Shown: positions 27,446 to 37,313 of the stretch, piece by piece
How positions within the stretch are numbered: the first letter of the stretch is position 1
How the letters are laid out: each line of letters starts with the position of its first letter
Assembly: GCA_038314665.1 (NCBI GenBank)
Contig: GCA_038314665.1_3677.1
Length of the DNA stretch: 64,000 nt
Origin: a phage
Reading direction: 5' to 3' (one strand)
Made by a program: the position numbers and the translations under genes
Notes under the pieces: generated by a model
The model's input: only the letters and a program-made list of their open reading frames with translations
Databases searched by the model: none
Told to the model about the DNA's origin: nothing

Positions 27446-27919
27446 CTAGTCTACCTGAACCCAACCGCCTGGTACTTTTTTAAACATTCTTTGGTTATCA
27501 CTGCCTCGGAACGGTTTCTTGGTTGGTAAATCTTTTACATACTTACCGTCAATGATGATATCAGCCAGTTTAAGAACATCACTAGAGATATGGTCAAATG
27601 TGAACCCAGTATATACAAGAATAGTTTTCTTGTCACCAAATTTTTCCTTAATTTTCTCCATCAAGCTAATAATATCTGGCTCATTATAGTATGCTAAGGG
27701 TTCTCCCCCCAGCAGAGAGATACCGCACACAGATGGGTTATCTAAATCTGACAAGATTTTTTGTAAATCTTCTTCAGTGAACTCTCTCCCCTTATCTTTT
27801 GACCAAAATGCCTGATTAAAGCAACCAGGGCAAGCGTGTGGGCACCCAGATACCCACAAGGCAGTTCTAATACCTGGCCCTTCGGTGTAAGATATTTCTG
27901 CGTATCCGACAATATTCAT
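27446..27919 (-). CDS. nrdG: anaerobic ribonucleotide reductase activating protein (radical SAM), 157 aa
   Basis: CPHACPGC cluster; start taken at MNIVGY (ATGA overlap with the small upstream ORF). Confidence 0.8.
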   Translation of the reverse strand: MNIVGYAEISYTEGPGIRTALWVSGCPHACPGCFNQAFWSKDKGREFTEEDLQKILSDLDNPSVCGISLLGGEPLAYYNEPDIISLMEKIKEKFGDKKTILVYTGFTFDHISSDVLKLADIIIDGKYVKDLPTKKPFRGSDNQRMFKKVPGGWVQVD

Positions 27920-28032
27920 AGATACTCCGCATCGCATTCAGGGCAATGCCAAATAAAATCGTCCAGTGCCTTGCACCAACGAAGATTGCAACGACAACCG
28001 CACTTGCAAATTTTATAAATACCTGTAGACAT
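27916..28032 (-). CDS. small Cys-rich putative zinc-ribbon protein (38 aa)
   Basis: strong RBS AGGAGG; KICKCGCRC...HCPEC; coupled to nrdG. Confidence 0.4.
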   Translation of the reverse strand: MSTGIYKICKCGCRCNLRWCKALDDFIWHCPECDAEYL

Positions 28033-28093
28033 ACTGTACCTCCTAACTCGCTGTGCCAACAATATGCCACATCCTTGTGGATTTTGTCAAGTA

Positions 28094-29356
28094 TCAGCAA
28101 CCACAACTTCCGTAGTGCTTAACCCGTTCTATAACTTCCGCTTGCTTACCTTTATTGTAAGGACGGGAGTTTGGACTAGACAGGTACCCGGATACACGTC
28201 TGATCACACTGATCGTTCCCTCTTCATGGTTTCCACACTCTGGGCATACAAAGCCTTTAGCTGTTGCACTAAACTCACCAGAGAAACCACACTTGAGACA
28301 TTTATCCACAGGTTGGTTAATACCAAAATACATAATGTGTTTATACCCGAAGTCAACAAGAGCCTCTAAAGCATCTAAATTGTTTTTCAGATTTGGTGTC
28401 TCTACGTATCCGATGTTGCCGCCAGAGGAGATCATAGCAAAACCCTCCTCATACTCCCACTTATCAAAAGGAGAACTATTGATCCACACTGGCTGATGGA
28501 AACTGTTGGTGAGATATTCATGCTCGTGCTTCAACACTTCAGGATATTCACGATCCAGACAGGTTGCAGCTTTATAGCATAGACTCTCAGAAGGGGTGCC
28601 GTACAAGCTAAACGCTAGTCTACTTTCCTTCTTGTATCGCTCACAAGCATCTCTCATGTGCTGGAGTATTCCAAGAGCTAAAGCCTTGTCACCCTCCCTG
28701 CCCAAAATCTGACAGGTTTCATACACACCAATATACCCAATACTGATGGAAGCGTACCCGTCATAGAAGAGTTTATCAATACTCTCTTCAGGATCCAGGC
28801 GAGCAAGAGCGCCTTCACACCACATGATAGGGTTCTGCCCTGCTTTGGTGCCTTTCAGACGGTTAACCCTTACAAGGTGAGCTTCATATGCCAAATCCAG
28901 ATACTCGTCAAGAACGGCAAAGAAATCAACACCTTCCGTCTTAGCTTTTGCCGCAATCATTGGCAGGTTAAGACTAACAACACCCAAGTTGAATCTGCCG
29001 AGGTATTTCTCCTCACCTGTTTCCAAGTCATTGTATTTGCTAAGAAAACTCCGGCAACCCATGCTCGTTACTTTGCCATCTGTCGAGCCTGTCACTTTAC
29101 GATTTAGTGGAACAGAAACAAAGTCAGGATAAATCCTCTCTGCAGAGCATTCCAGAGCTAATCGTTTCAAATCATAGTTAGGATCTCCAGGGTTCATGTT
29201 GACACCCTCTTCTAGGAAGAACAGCACTTTAGGGAACACAGGTGTGATACGTTCTTCACCAAGACCCATTTTGTGGACTTTCAAGTAGTTTTTGGTAATC
29301 ATTCTACCAAAGACTGAGGTATCCAGTCCTAAACTTAATGTGATGAATGGAGTCTG
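28094..29356 (-). CDS. nrdD: anaerobic ribonucleoside-triphosphate reductase, exon 2 (C-terminal part)
   Basis: TPFITLSLGLDTS...EGVNMNPGDPNYDL and C-terminal CxxC..CPEC zinc ribbon plus RVSGY Gly-radical region; exon start inferred from frame, preceding G and alignment to NrdD. Confidence 0.75.
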   Translation of the reverse strand, partial: QTPFITLSLGLDTSVFGRMITKNYLKVHKMGLGEERITPVFPKVLFFLEEGVNMNPGDPNYDLKRLALECSAERIYPDFVSVPLNRKVTGSTDGKVTSMGCRSFLSKYNDLETGEEKYLGRFNLGVVSLNLPMIAAKAKTEGVDFFAVLDEYLDLAYEAHLVRVNRLKGTKAGQNPIMWCEGALARLDPEESIDKLFYDGYASISIGYIGVYETCQILGREGDKALALGILQHMRDACERYKKESRLAFSLYGTPSESLCYKAATCLDREYPEVLKHEHEYLTNSFHQPVWINSSPFDKWEYEEGFAMISSGGNIGYVETPNLKNNLDALEALVDFGYKHIMYFGINQPVDKCLKCGFSGEFSATAKGFVCPECGNHEEGTISVIRRVSGYLSSPNSRPYNKGKQAEVIERVKHYGSCGC

Positions 29357-30154
29357 CTGTCTCCTCCCCTGTGTTTCCACAGGGCCAGACTATCTCTTAC
29401 TCTACTTCAATAAGATAATAACCCTTTATTGTGAGATGCTTACCTTCGGCATTTCCTTCGATAGCCCTATGAACGTTACCTACGTTCAAATTTAAGGCTT
29501 TTGCACAGGCATAGAGTGAAGGATATTCACCCACCAAGGTTTTCCCTTTGTATGCCTGTACTTTCCTATAGCACTTACCTGGACAAAGTCCTGTTCGGAA
29601 AGCATGTCTCTTATTATCTTCCGGCAAAACCCACTCTAGGTTAGACGGATGATCATTCAATGTATTGCCATCTTTATGATTCACTTCCCAGTTTTCAGGG
29701 TCTTCTGGGACATCTGGCAAACAATACAAGGCAACAATCCTTGAGGTTTGGATTCGAATCTTTTTACCTTTGTGGTTGAAAGAGTACATATAACGGCGTT
29801 TAACATGCTTGTTACCTTTTCCATAACCTCCCCACAATATTGGGTGTAGCATTCCACGTTTTCCGTATACGTTTCCGACCTCATCAATCACATAGTTTGA
29901 TTCTTCACCATTAAGAATGATCTTTTTCATAGAGCCTCTCCATTTCGAAGTTAGTATTTCAACTAACCCCTACACTACTTGGTTCAGAAATGTTTGTCAA
30001 GCATCTCTGCCTTTCGTTAGTCGTTACAACCGTTCCAACTCCTGTAAGAACTAGTCACGGGATTGGCATAGCTTTCGCCTTAGCGTTCCCCGTTAGCCGG
30101 ATTTACCGACCCCTCTTATGAGGTTAGGAGAGTTTTACAACGGCCAGTTTGTTA
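29357..30154 (-). other. group I self-splicing intron (IA-like) in nrdD, carrying an HNH homing endonuclease ORF
   Basis: 5' exon ends in U then UAA; guide GCCGUUG complementary to exon end CAACGGU; R-like GTTGTAACGACTAACGAAAG (30011-30030); S-like AAGAGATAGTCTGG (29385-29398); GNRA hairpin CCCTGTG-GAAA-CACAGGG. Confidence 0.75.
29397..29930 (-). CDS. intron-encoded HNH homing endonuclease (177 aa)
   Basis: HNH motif EVNHKDGNTLNDHPSNLEWVLPEDNKRHA; sits between the two halves of nrdD. Confidence 0.75.
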   Translation of the reverse strand: MKKIILNGEESNYVIDEVGNVYGKRGMLHPILWGGYGKGNKHVKRRYMYSFNHKGKKIRIQTSRIVALYCLPDVPEDPENWEVNHKDGNTLNDHPSNLEWVLPEDNKRHAFRTGLCPGKCYRKVQAYKGKTLVGEYPSLYACAKALNLNVGNVHRAIEGNAEGKHLTIKGYYLIEVE

Positions 30155-31015
30155 ACCGTTGACAGAGGTTAACGTATTGATTTGATAGAGCAACGTCTGC
30201 ATGCTGTCAAACACGTCTTTATCTGTCATTTGCATTGCAACAGTCTCAGCATCTGGCAACCAGTGCTCCTGGCAAAATTTAAGATTCTTCTCATAGGTCG
30301 CCTCAGCATACTGTGCCAGATAATGATCAATATGGCTCATAGTCTGACCTCCATATTGAGCACTAGCTACTGCACTAGAGATTTGGCTAAGGATTGTTGT
30401 TGCAACCCCTATTGACTTCGGCTTACTGACATGGGCGTTGCCAATGTTGAATCCGTTTTCCAACATATCTGGATAATTTACCAAACAACAGTTTGTTAAC
30501 GGACTGATCAAGTAGTCAAGATCATGCACATGGATGAAGCCTTTATTGTGCTCTTCTGAGACACGGTCTGGCAGGATCTGTGTTGATGCAAGGTGTTTGC
30601 TAAGGATGCCTGCAAGCAGGTCACGATGAGTGTGTACATGATTGGTAGGCTTATTTGCGTTTTCTTTTGTAAATTCATCACAAGTGCGATCCAAGAAGCC
30701 ACTAATATCTGCAAGCAGTTTTCCACCTGCCTCTCTGTTATTATCTCTTGTCTGCCTATACTGGATGTATTCTCTGGCTGCACATTTTAAACCCATATCC
30801 ATAAGAGCGTCTTCAACAAGGATATGGATATTTTTTACAGAGATCGTGCACTGGTCGGTTGGTAGATTGTTAGCAACAACTTCATTAACCGCGCAGGCGA
30901 TCCGGTAAGCTTCTTCTTCAGTATGTCCAGACTCAAGTAAGGCGGACTCTGCCGCCTTGATCACCTTAATTCCGTTATAGACCTCTTCTCTACCGTCCCG
31001 TTTTACAACTTTCAC
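30155..31015 (-). CDS. nrdD: anaerobic ribonucleoside-triphosphate reductase, exon 1 (ATP-cone N-terminal part)
   Basis: VVKRDGREEVYNGIKV ATP-cone start; ORF ends at the UAA that begins the intron. Confidence 0.75.
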
Positions 31016-31290
31016 TTTTTCTCTCCAAAATCATTCTTAACAAAAGAGATGAAATCGTCGGCACCACCTACATGGACACTATCAAGATCGCTTTCTAAGA
31101 AGATCTGCGGTAACGTTCTTGGGACGATTGGACTACACTTCTCAATAAGCTCTTCTTTTGTGTATCCCTCTCCAAGTGTCTTATATACAAAAGGCAGACC
31201 TTTACTGACTGCAAATTCTTTTGCTCTTACACAATGTGGGCAGTTATCTTTACCGTAAATAATAAAGAAAAAAGATTTTTCACAGCTCAT
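31012..31290 (-). CDS. glutaredoxin / NrdH-like redoxin (92 aa)
   Basis: CPHC active site in a thioredoxin-fold context, adjacent to nrdB. Confidence 0.7.
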   Translation of the reverse strand: MSCEKSFFFIIYGKDNCPHCVRAKEFAVSKGLPFVYKTLGEGYTKEELIEKCSPIVPRTLPQIFLESDLDSVHVGGADDFISFVKNDFGEKK

Positions 31291-31293
31291 ATA

Positions 31294-32382
31294 TTAAAAC
31301 TCCCAAATTTCTTCTTCAGCGTCGTTAACAGTTGTGTTGACTCGGTAGTCGGTGTTCGACATTTCCTGGTTAGCCGTCTGTTGCAATGAAGGTTTCATCC
31401 ACACCTGCATAAACGGTAGCGGGTCCTTTGTTGGCGGCACAAAATCTTTGTCGATGTCGTAGTAATCATAAATCGGTGAGCAGTTATAGTCAACCCATTC
31501 TTTAAGCAACGGTGAGTTAAGACCTATAATCGCTCTTCCTTCGCTGAAAATATAGTCACTCCAACCGTACTCCTTGGTTCGTACTTCATCAAGAATCTCT
31601 TTTAACTCTCCCTTTATCTCAAGGAAGCTTTTCTCCCATGCTGGATCATTAAGCAGGATATCAATGATGGCAAAATCACCTTTCGAATGCAGCATTTCGT
31701 CAAGCATGATTTTTTGAACAAGCTGCGCCACCTGAACAAAAATACCCTGTTCAGCTACTGCGAAAGTGCATGCAAAACTTGCAATAAACTCAATACTCTC
31801 TAGAGCTAAAAGTGCAAAAAGCGCTCTAAGAATGCATTTCCGCACAGTATCTTCTTCAACACTAGAAGGATCCAGTCGATATTTTGCACCAATAATCTCA
31901 AGCTCTTGCATGTATTTGACAATAACTCCAGATCTGCTCAGTACGTTCTGGTTTTCCTGAATCTCTTCTATAATCTCCCGAGCATTAGGAAGGCATTGTC
32001 TAACAATCTCTGAGTAGGTTAGTGCGTGAAGAACTTCAATCTCTGACTGTTTCATCAATAGAGTGAAAAGCTCACTATTAGTGATGAATGGTGAAAAGAG
32101 GCAGATGATCGATCTTGCCGCAACGCTATCAGCCTCCCATTGCCACATCAAGGTCTGCACCATCACGTCATAAGTTGACTTGGAGCATGTTACAAAATCT
32201 GAAATAGATTGCGACAAATCCACTTCATCCTCTGCCCAGTCTTGTTCTTTTTGTTTTTTGTACAGTTCGAACAGTTGTGGATATTTTTTGTTAATAGAGT
32301 CGTACATACCCATTTGCTGTCCTAAAAACAGCGGATAGTCACCAGTTTTATGAGCAGTGTTCTCAGCATTAAATACAGCCAT
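31294..32382 (-). CDS. nrdB: ribonucleotide reductase class Ia beta subunit (362 aa)
   Basis: di-iron/tyrosyl radical region SFACTFAVAEQG...DEMLH resembling NrdB. Confidence 0.85.
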   Translation of the reverse strand: MAVFNAENTAHKTGDYPLFLGQQMGMYDSINKKYPQLFELYKKQKEQDWAEDEVDLSQSISDFVTCSKSTYDVMVQTLMWQWEADSVAARSIICLFSPFITNSELFTLLMKQSEIEVLHALTYSEIVRQCLPNAREIIEEIQENQNVLSRSGVIVKYMQELEIIGAKYRLDPSSVEEDTVRKCILRALFALLALESIEFIASFACTFAVAEQGIFVQVAQLVQKIMLDEMLHSKGDFAIIDILLNDPAWEKSFLEIKGELKEILDEVRTKEYGWSDYIFSEGRAIIGLNSPLLKEWVDYNCSPIYDYYDIDKDFVPPTKDPLPFMQVWMKPSLQQTANQEMSNTDYRVNTTVNDAEEEIWEF

Positions 32383-32421
32383 TATTCTACCTCTAAGACA
32401 GGGGCCGAAGCCCCTTTAAAA

Positions 32422-34737
32422 TTACAGTGCACAGCTTTCGCAATACGGATCTTCAACTGAACTATCTGCAATCAAAGGATAGTTCTTTCTGGTTTCATCT
32501 TCAGCCTGTTTCTTGGCATGAAGTTCCTCTGCCAAGGAGTCACCAGCACCAACCCTGGAGTTTAAATAATACCATGTCTTCATCCCGAATTTAGTGGCAC
32601 GGATAAGGTACCCTAGCTGCTCCTTCATTGAAATTTTACCATCTTTCAACTTGGTGTAGTCTATGTATAAATCCGCGCTGATTGCCTGGCCTGTGAATTT
32701 TTGAATCACAGCATACATATCGATCATGTCGTTAGTATCAACGTCCCAAGCCGAAGTGTAATACTCTTTCAGCTCATCGTATTCAGGAACGATAAACAGC
32801 ACCTGCCCTTGTGGCGATTTTTTAAAGATAATGTGCTCACGGACAGGATAAACACCGTTAGTGGTGTTTGTTGCCAGCGAAGAGCTTTCATTAGGCATAT
32901 ATGCTTCAAGAACGCTATTACGTAGCCCACCATTTTCAATGATTTCTTTACGTAACCCTTCCCAATCCTGTTTAAGAGAAGGATCTTTCACCACGCTATC
33001 GACCTCTTTGTTATAGGTGTCGATTGGTAACCAACCTTCTGGATATTTTGTTTTATGCATCCACTCGCAGACACCACGCTCTTTTGCCAACCGTAAACTT
33101 GCCTTATGCAAGCTGTAGCTGTGAAGTTCTGCAAGATCGTGAACAAGCTGTTTACTTTCAGGAGATCCGTAAGTAACCTTGTGGCTGGCAATAAAATGTG
33201 CAACATTGGTAAGGCCAACCCCGATGGATCTGCGTTTTTTAACAGTACTCTCCATATTTTCATATGGATATGTCATGATTTCCATAACATTGTCAATCAT
33301 AAGCACCGTATAGTATGCAACATCCTCATACTCCTCTGGGGTAACCCTTCCAGCTACAAGAGATGACAGGAAGCACAATGCAACCTCACCATCATCAACA
33401 TCGTACTTGAAGATATTACGCATATCTGAATAGCCTTTTGTCGGGAGGGCTATTTCTGCACACAGGTTACTTGAATAGATCACATCTTTAAAAGGTGTAT
33501 GTCTATTCATCTCATCTGTCCAGTATACGTACAGCCTTCCCACTTCGGTACGCTGTGTGATCAGCTCAACAGCAAGATCTCTAGCTCGGATCCATGTTTT
33601 AGGAATACTGTCATCTTTAGCGATACGATCAACCTCTGCATCAAACTCCTCCATAGACATGGTGAAGATACCTTCATGCAGTTGAGGCGCGTGCTTATAA
33701 GAAACAAGCATCCAATCTAAATTCTTAGCCACACGGTTGATAAACGACCTGTTAATACCTATAGAGTAATCCATGGTGTTGATTCTTTTTGAAGCAACAG
33801 TCATAGGGTTTCTCAAACGGATTAGCTCATCAATCTGCGGGTCTAGTGCAAGGAATGATACTGTTGCAGAACCGCCACGTGATTGTTGTCTGTTCTCCTT
33901 AACCCCAGCATCAATACCTCGATAATATGGAATCTTACCCATGTGTTTAATAGTGTTACCACGAACACCATCGCCTGCAGATCTTGACGATAAATAGTAG
34001 CCGATACCTGCTTGGTTAACCGTCATTGTGTACGCAACTTCACGTGCCACACCAATAGATTTTGCTGTATCGTCAGCTTTTATTACACAACAAGATGCAT
34101 ACCCTGTCTTACCTGTGCGCAGCCCGTTTAAGTACGGTGTCGGAGCATTGATCTTTAAGTCGGACAGATAATTGTATAATTTTACAACATCGTTGATACG
34201 ACGTTCTTTCGGCATATTCTTCATGACAGCCATTGCTATCCCCATAAACATCATCTGGGGAGATTCAAACAGGGTGTCTTTAAGAGTATCCTTGATCCCG
34301 TATTTGTCGCGAAACTGTTTAAGGACTGCATAGCCGTAACCGAGATCTTTACTGTGGTCAATAACAGCGCCTAAAGTATTTAGCTCGGTAAAGCTATAAC
34401 CCATATCCTCCCAATACCCTTTCTCAACCATGGTATTGTAAAATGATGGTAATGAAGGGATCTTTGTAAACCCTCCAAAAGCCTCCTTATAAATCTGACC
34501 AATAAGAACACGACCAGCCATACGGGAATGTGCTTCGTCTTTACGGCTAACACAGGAGTCTATGATAGCTTGGTTAACTTCTTTGGTCGTACATCCATCA
34601 TACAGTCGTTTGTATGCATCCAGTGCAATGTGTGACCAATTGCCGTTACCGTCGTCACCGAAAATAGCTGCCTTATTTAAACGTTCTGGATCGAATGCCA
34701 CTTCACATCCGTTGCTTTTAATTACCTTGGTGATCAA
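32422..34737 (-). CDS. nrdA: ribonucleotide reductase class Ia alpha subunit (771 aa)
   Basis: ATP-cone N-terminus and active-site region SNLCAEIALPT. Confidence 0.9.
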   Translation of the reverse strand: MITKVIKSNGCEVAFDPERLNKAAIFGDDGNGNWSHIALDAYKRLYDGCTTKEVNQAIIDSCVSRKDEAHSRMAGRVLIGQIYKEAFGGFTKIPSLPSFYNTMVEKGYWEDMGYSFTELNTLGAVIDHSKDLGYGYAVLKQFRDKYGIKDTLKDTLFESPQMMFMGIAMAVMKNMPKERRINDVVKLYNYLSDLKINAPTPYLNGLRTGKTGYASCCVIKADDTAKSIGVAREVAYTMTVNQAGIGYYLSSRSAGDGVRGNTIKHMGKIPYYRGIDAGVKENRQQSRGGSATVSFLALDPQIDELIRLRNPMTVASKRINTMDYSIGINRSFINRVAKNLDWMLVSYKHAPQLHEGIFTMSMEEFDAEVDRIAKDDSIPKTWIRARDLAVELITQRTEVGRLYVYWTDEMNRHTPFKDVIYSSNLCAEIALPTKGYSDMRNIFKYDVDDGEVALCFLSSLVAGRVTPEEYEDVAYYTVLMIDNVMEIMTYPYENMESTVKKRRSIGVGLTNVAHFIASHKVTYGSPESKQLVHDLAELHSYSLHKASLRLAKERGVCEWMHKTKYPEGWLPIDTYNKEVDSVVKDPSLKQDWEGLRKEIIENGGLRNSVLEAYMPNESSSLATNTTNGVYPVREHIIFKKSPQGQVLFIVPEYDELKEYYTSAWDVDTNDMIDMYAVIQKFTGQAISADLYIDYTKLKDGKISMKEQLGYLIRATKFGMKTWYYLNSRVGAGDSLAEELHAKKQAEDETRKNYPLIADSSVEDPYCESCAL

Positions 34738-34985
34738 TTTGCTTCCTCCACTTCATTAACGTATTTATCAAGGCAGGTATCAGTATCTTGCTGGATAAAG
34801 GTATCCTCTTCTACAGAGATATTTATAATTTTACCTGTATACTCGTCATAATAAACATCATCATACATTTTAATATCGTTTGTCAGACCGTTGAACCAAA
34901 GCCAACCAACATACTCTGCCCGACTTGCAAAACCAAGATCCTTCCACTTGGAGCTATGACTCATCTTCACCACCTTAGCTTTCAA
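34734..34985 (-). CDS. hypothetical protein (83 aa)
   Basis: coupled ORF. Confidence 0.5.
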   Translation of the reverse strand: MKAKVVKMSHSSKWKDLGFASRAEYVGWLWFNGLTNDIKMYDDVYYDEYTGKIINISVEEDTFIQQDTDTCLDKYVNEVEEAN

Positions 34986-35475
34986 TACCGAATAATTTTT
35001 CTAGGCGATGCAGATCTTCAAAATTGAAAGGTTCATCAACAATATGAATATCTTCAGCCTTTTCAGATTGTTTTGTATACTTTCTTACATTAACACGATC
35101 TTCTACTGGGATATCATACGGAAGATCTTGAACAAGCATTGCCTCACCAGGTGCTTTATCTACATCTAAAATATCTACACCGTTATACATTTGTGGGTAT
35201 CTAAAGTCTGCACGCATGACACCAGCAAATACATCTGCCTTTCGATAATGGGTTGGCTTATTTTTGCATCGAACGTTTTTTCCACGGAGAACATCAATAT
35301 TTTTTAAATCAAAGCCTACGGCGAAGAGTGCAGCTCTGAGACCGTTTCGTGTGCGAACGTTAAACCCAGGTACGGTAGATAGGAAATCTAAAGTAACTGA
35401 AATAAATGTCTTTTTAGGAATCATAACATTACTCATATCTGTCTCCATTTCTGGCTCACCAACAAAGTGAGCCAT
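34975..35475 (-). CDS. hypothetical protein (166 aa)
   Basis: ORF; no domain recognised. Confidence 0.5.
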   Translation of the reverse strand: MAHFVGEPEMETDMSNVMIPKKTFISVTLDFLSTVPGFNVRTRNGLRAALFAVGFDLKNIDVLRGKNVRCKNKPTHYRKADVFAGVMRADFRYPQMYNGVDILDVDKAPGEAMLVQDLPYDIPVEDRVNVRKYTKQSEKAEDIHIVDEPFNFEDLHRLEKLFGIES

Positions 35476-35534
35476 TATTATAGATTATCTGATAATATTA
35501 GTCAACACAAAAGTTACCTATCGCTGTGATAGGA

Positions 35535-36518
35535 TTAACCTTTCACGAAGTGGTTATTAAGCAGTTGTCTGTGCTGAACCCACCCACAAAAGTTGGCAGA
35601 CCAGAATTTACCATCACGGTCTTGATGGGTTACACCTTCCTGCCAAACACAGCTGTCTTGTGTGATTTCACATGAAGATAGATAGTAGTTTAAACGTTCC
35701 ATTGCGTTATCGTGATCCATAGGTGTTGCCTGGTGCTCGTAAGGGCTTGCATGAATACGATCCCCACCAATCAATTTTTTAGCCACACTATCTGCCTTTT
35801 CAAACGTGCTGTCAATATTTCGATAAGATACTTGTGCACAGCAACTAGCACTAATAGACAGAGCTTCTTTAGTATCGAGAATACAGAGCTTTCCTTCTGT
35901 GTCACGTACAGCGTAGTTAAACTCTCCGTCCAAATAAACGTGCTCTACATATGGTGTGTGCCATTGACCAGGTTTAAGGATTTCAGGAGTGCTATTCACA
36001 AGAGCCTCCCACATGCAATTAGCCAACATCTGAATAGTAGGGTCAGCATCGTGCCAGCAACGGAGATGGAAGAAATTATTCCACTCTGTGCTTGTTACAA
36101 CTGTTTTCATGCGCTGAAACGGCTCCACTAAGCGGTTACATACTTGCTTATGGTAACCAGCAAGGGCGAACTTCTCTGCATGCCAAGCGGCGTTTTTTGC
36201 AGCTTCTTTCCAAAACTCTTCAGGAGTTAGCTCCATGTCGGTGTACTCTACACGGATCTTTTGATCGTGTTCCCCGCCATCTTCCATCCCCCGCTTATTT
36301 ACACCGAAGCGGGCTGGCATTGCCGGATTCTCCACAATCTGTTGCAGCATCTTGCCGACAGGCACTGCACGGGAAGACATGGCGTTTCGGCTGAACACTC
36401 GGTGCGTCATAAGCTCTGAGTGAATAATTCGAGGATACTCTAGCTCAAAAGTGGTGATACGCTTACCTTTCTCGGAAATGCTGTCAGCAATGATCTTTGC
36501 AGTGCACAGTTTTAGCAT
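35535..36518 (-). CDS. thyX: ThyX-like flavin-dependent thymidylate synthase (327 aa), motif variant
   Basis: THR-X7-S (MTHRVFSRNAMSSR) resembles the ThyX signature RHR-X7-S but with Thr for the first Arg. Confidence 0.55.
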   Translation of the reverse strand: MLKLCTAKIIADSISEKGKRITTFELEYPRIIHSELMTHRVFSRNAMSSRAVPVGKMLQQIVENPAMPARFGVNKRGMEDGGEHDQKIRVEYTDMELTPEEFWKEAAKNAAWHAEKFALAGYHKQVCNRLVEPFQRMKTVVTSTEWNNFFHLRCWHDADPTIQMLANCMWEALVNSTPEILKPGQWHTPYVEHVYLDGEFNYAVRDTEGKLCILDTKEALSISASCCAQVSYRNIDSTFEKADSVAKKLIGGDRIHASPYEHQATPMDHDNAMERLNYYLSSCEITQDSCVWQEGVTHQDRDGKFWSANFCGWVQHRQLLNNHFVKG

Positions 36519-36718
36519 TATTTAGCTCTCCTTGTTTTAATTTTGGAAATTTCGTCTGGGCTTATGTTAGCCTTAAATGCAAGGTATCTGTTAAACATAT
36601 CAGAGCACATGTCTTGGGTGATCCTGGAGGCATACACTAGCTTGCCTCCCAGATCATATACCTCCAGCCAGTCACCGTATCTGACTACAGGATCGCCACC
36701 TTTAGAACATCTGCCCAT
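36518..36718 (-). CDS. hypothetical protein (66 aa)
   Basis: coupled ORF. Confidence 0.4.
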   Translation of the reverse strand: MGRCSKGGDPVVRYGDWLEVYDLGGKLVYASRITQDMCSDMFNRYLAFKANISPDEISKIKTRRAK

Positions 36719-36719
36719 T

Positions 36720-37313
36720 TCAAATACCTTCTAAAAACTTCCCTATTTTATACCAGCTATTAGCGGTATAGTCAACACTGACCTTTAACTCCTCGAATTG
36801 CTCATAAGGTGTGTCTTTTAGGATTTTAATAACTTCAGGTCGTGAAGCGAATTGGTTCAGGTATTCATGCCTGTCGTCAATTATAACATCTACAGCCACA
36901 TTACCTTTGAAATGTGTGGCGTAGAAGCCGTGACCCTGGGTGTGATCATCCAGATCCATAAAATCACTGGTCCAACGCTTTAAGAACCTTGATTTAGATG
37001 CCAGGTGACCTTTCTTGCATACCGAGATAAATGCGAGCTTGTGACCGCGAGCCACCAAATCTTTCATAACCTCAATAGCCCCCTCTTCAGGCTTAAGAAA
37101 GTCGTAGAGGAACGGATCACTCCAGAAATCAAAAGGTCCTATGATGTTTTCTTTGGGGCGATCAGGCCAATACTTTGATAGATCGTAATACATCAGCCCA
37201 TTAGAAGGTTTAACAACTGTCTTACTGGCTGGACCATACAAACGCTCCAACCACTCCCACCATGCTGTTCCTGAATCTACCAGTGTCAAATCTACATCAA
37301 TTCCGATTAACAT
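36720..37313 (-). CDS. HAD-superfamily phosphatase, likely 5'-deoxynucleotidase (197 aa)
   Basis: HAD motif I IGIDVDLT and motif IV VIIDDR. Confidence 0.6.
   Translation of the reverse strand: MLIGIDVDLTLVDSGTAWWEWLERLYGPASKTVVKPSNGLMYYDLSKYWPDRPKENIIGPFDFWSDPFLYDFLKPEEGAIEVMKDLVARGHKLAFISVCKKGHLASKSRFLKRWTSDFMDLDDHTQGHGFYATHFKGNVAVDVIIDDRHEYLNQFASRPEVIKILKDTPYEQFEELKVSVDYTANSWYKIGKFLEGI

Noticed and set aside
28094-29380. ORF-track start (GTG at 29380) of the nrdD C-terminal half as an independent gene
   Set aside because: The first residues (ETQGRRQ) are encoded by intron structural elements (S element and GAAA hairpin); a spliced exon 2 beginning at 29356 is more consistent with NrdD
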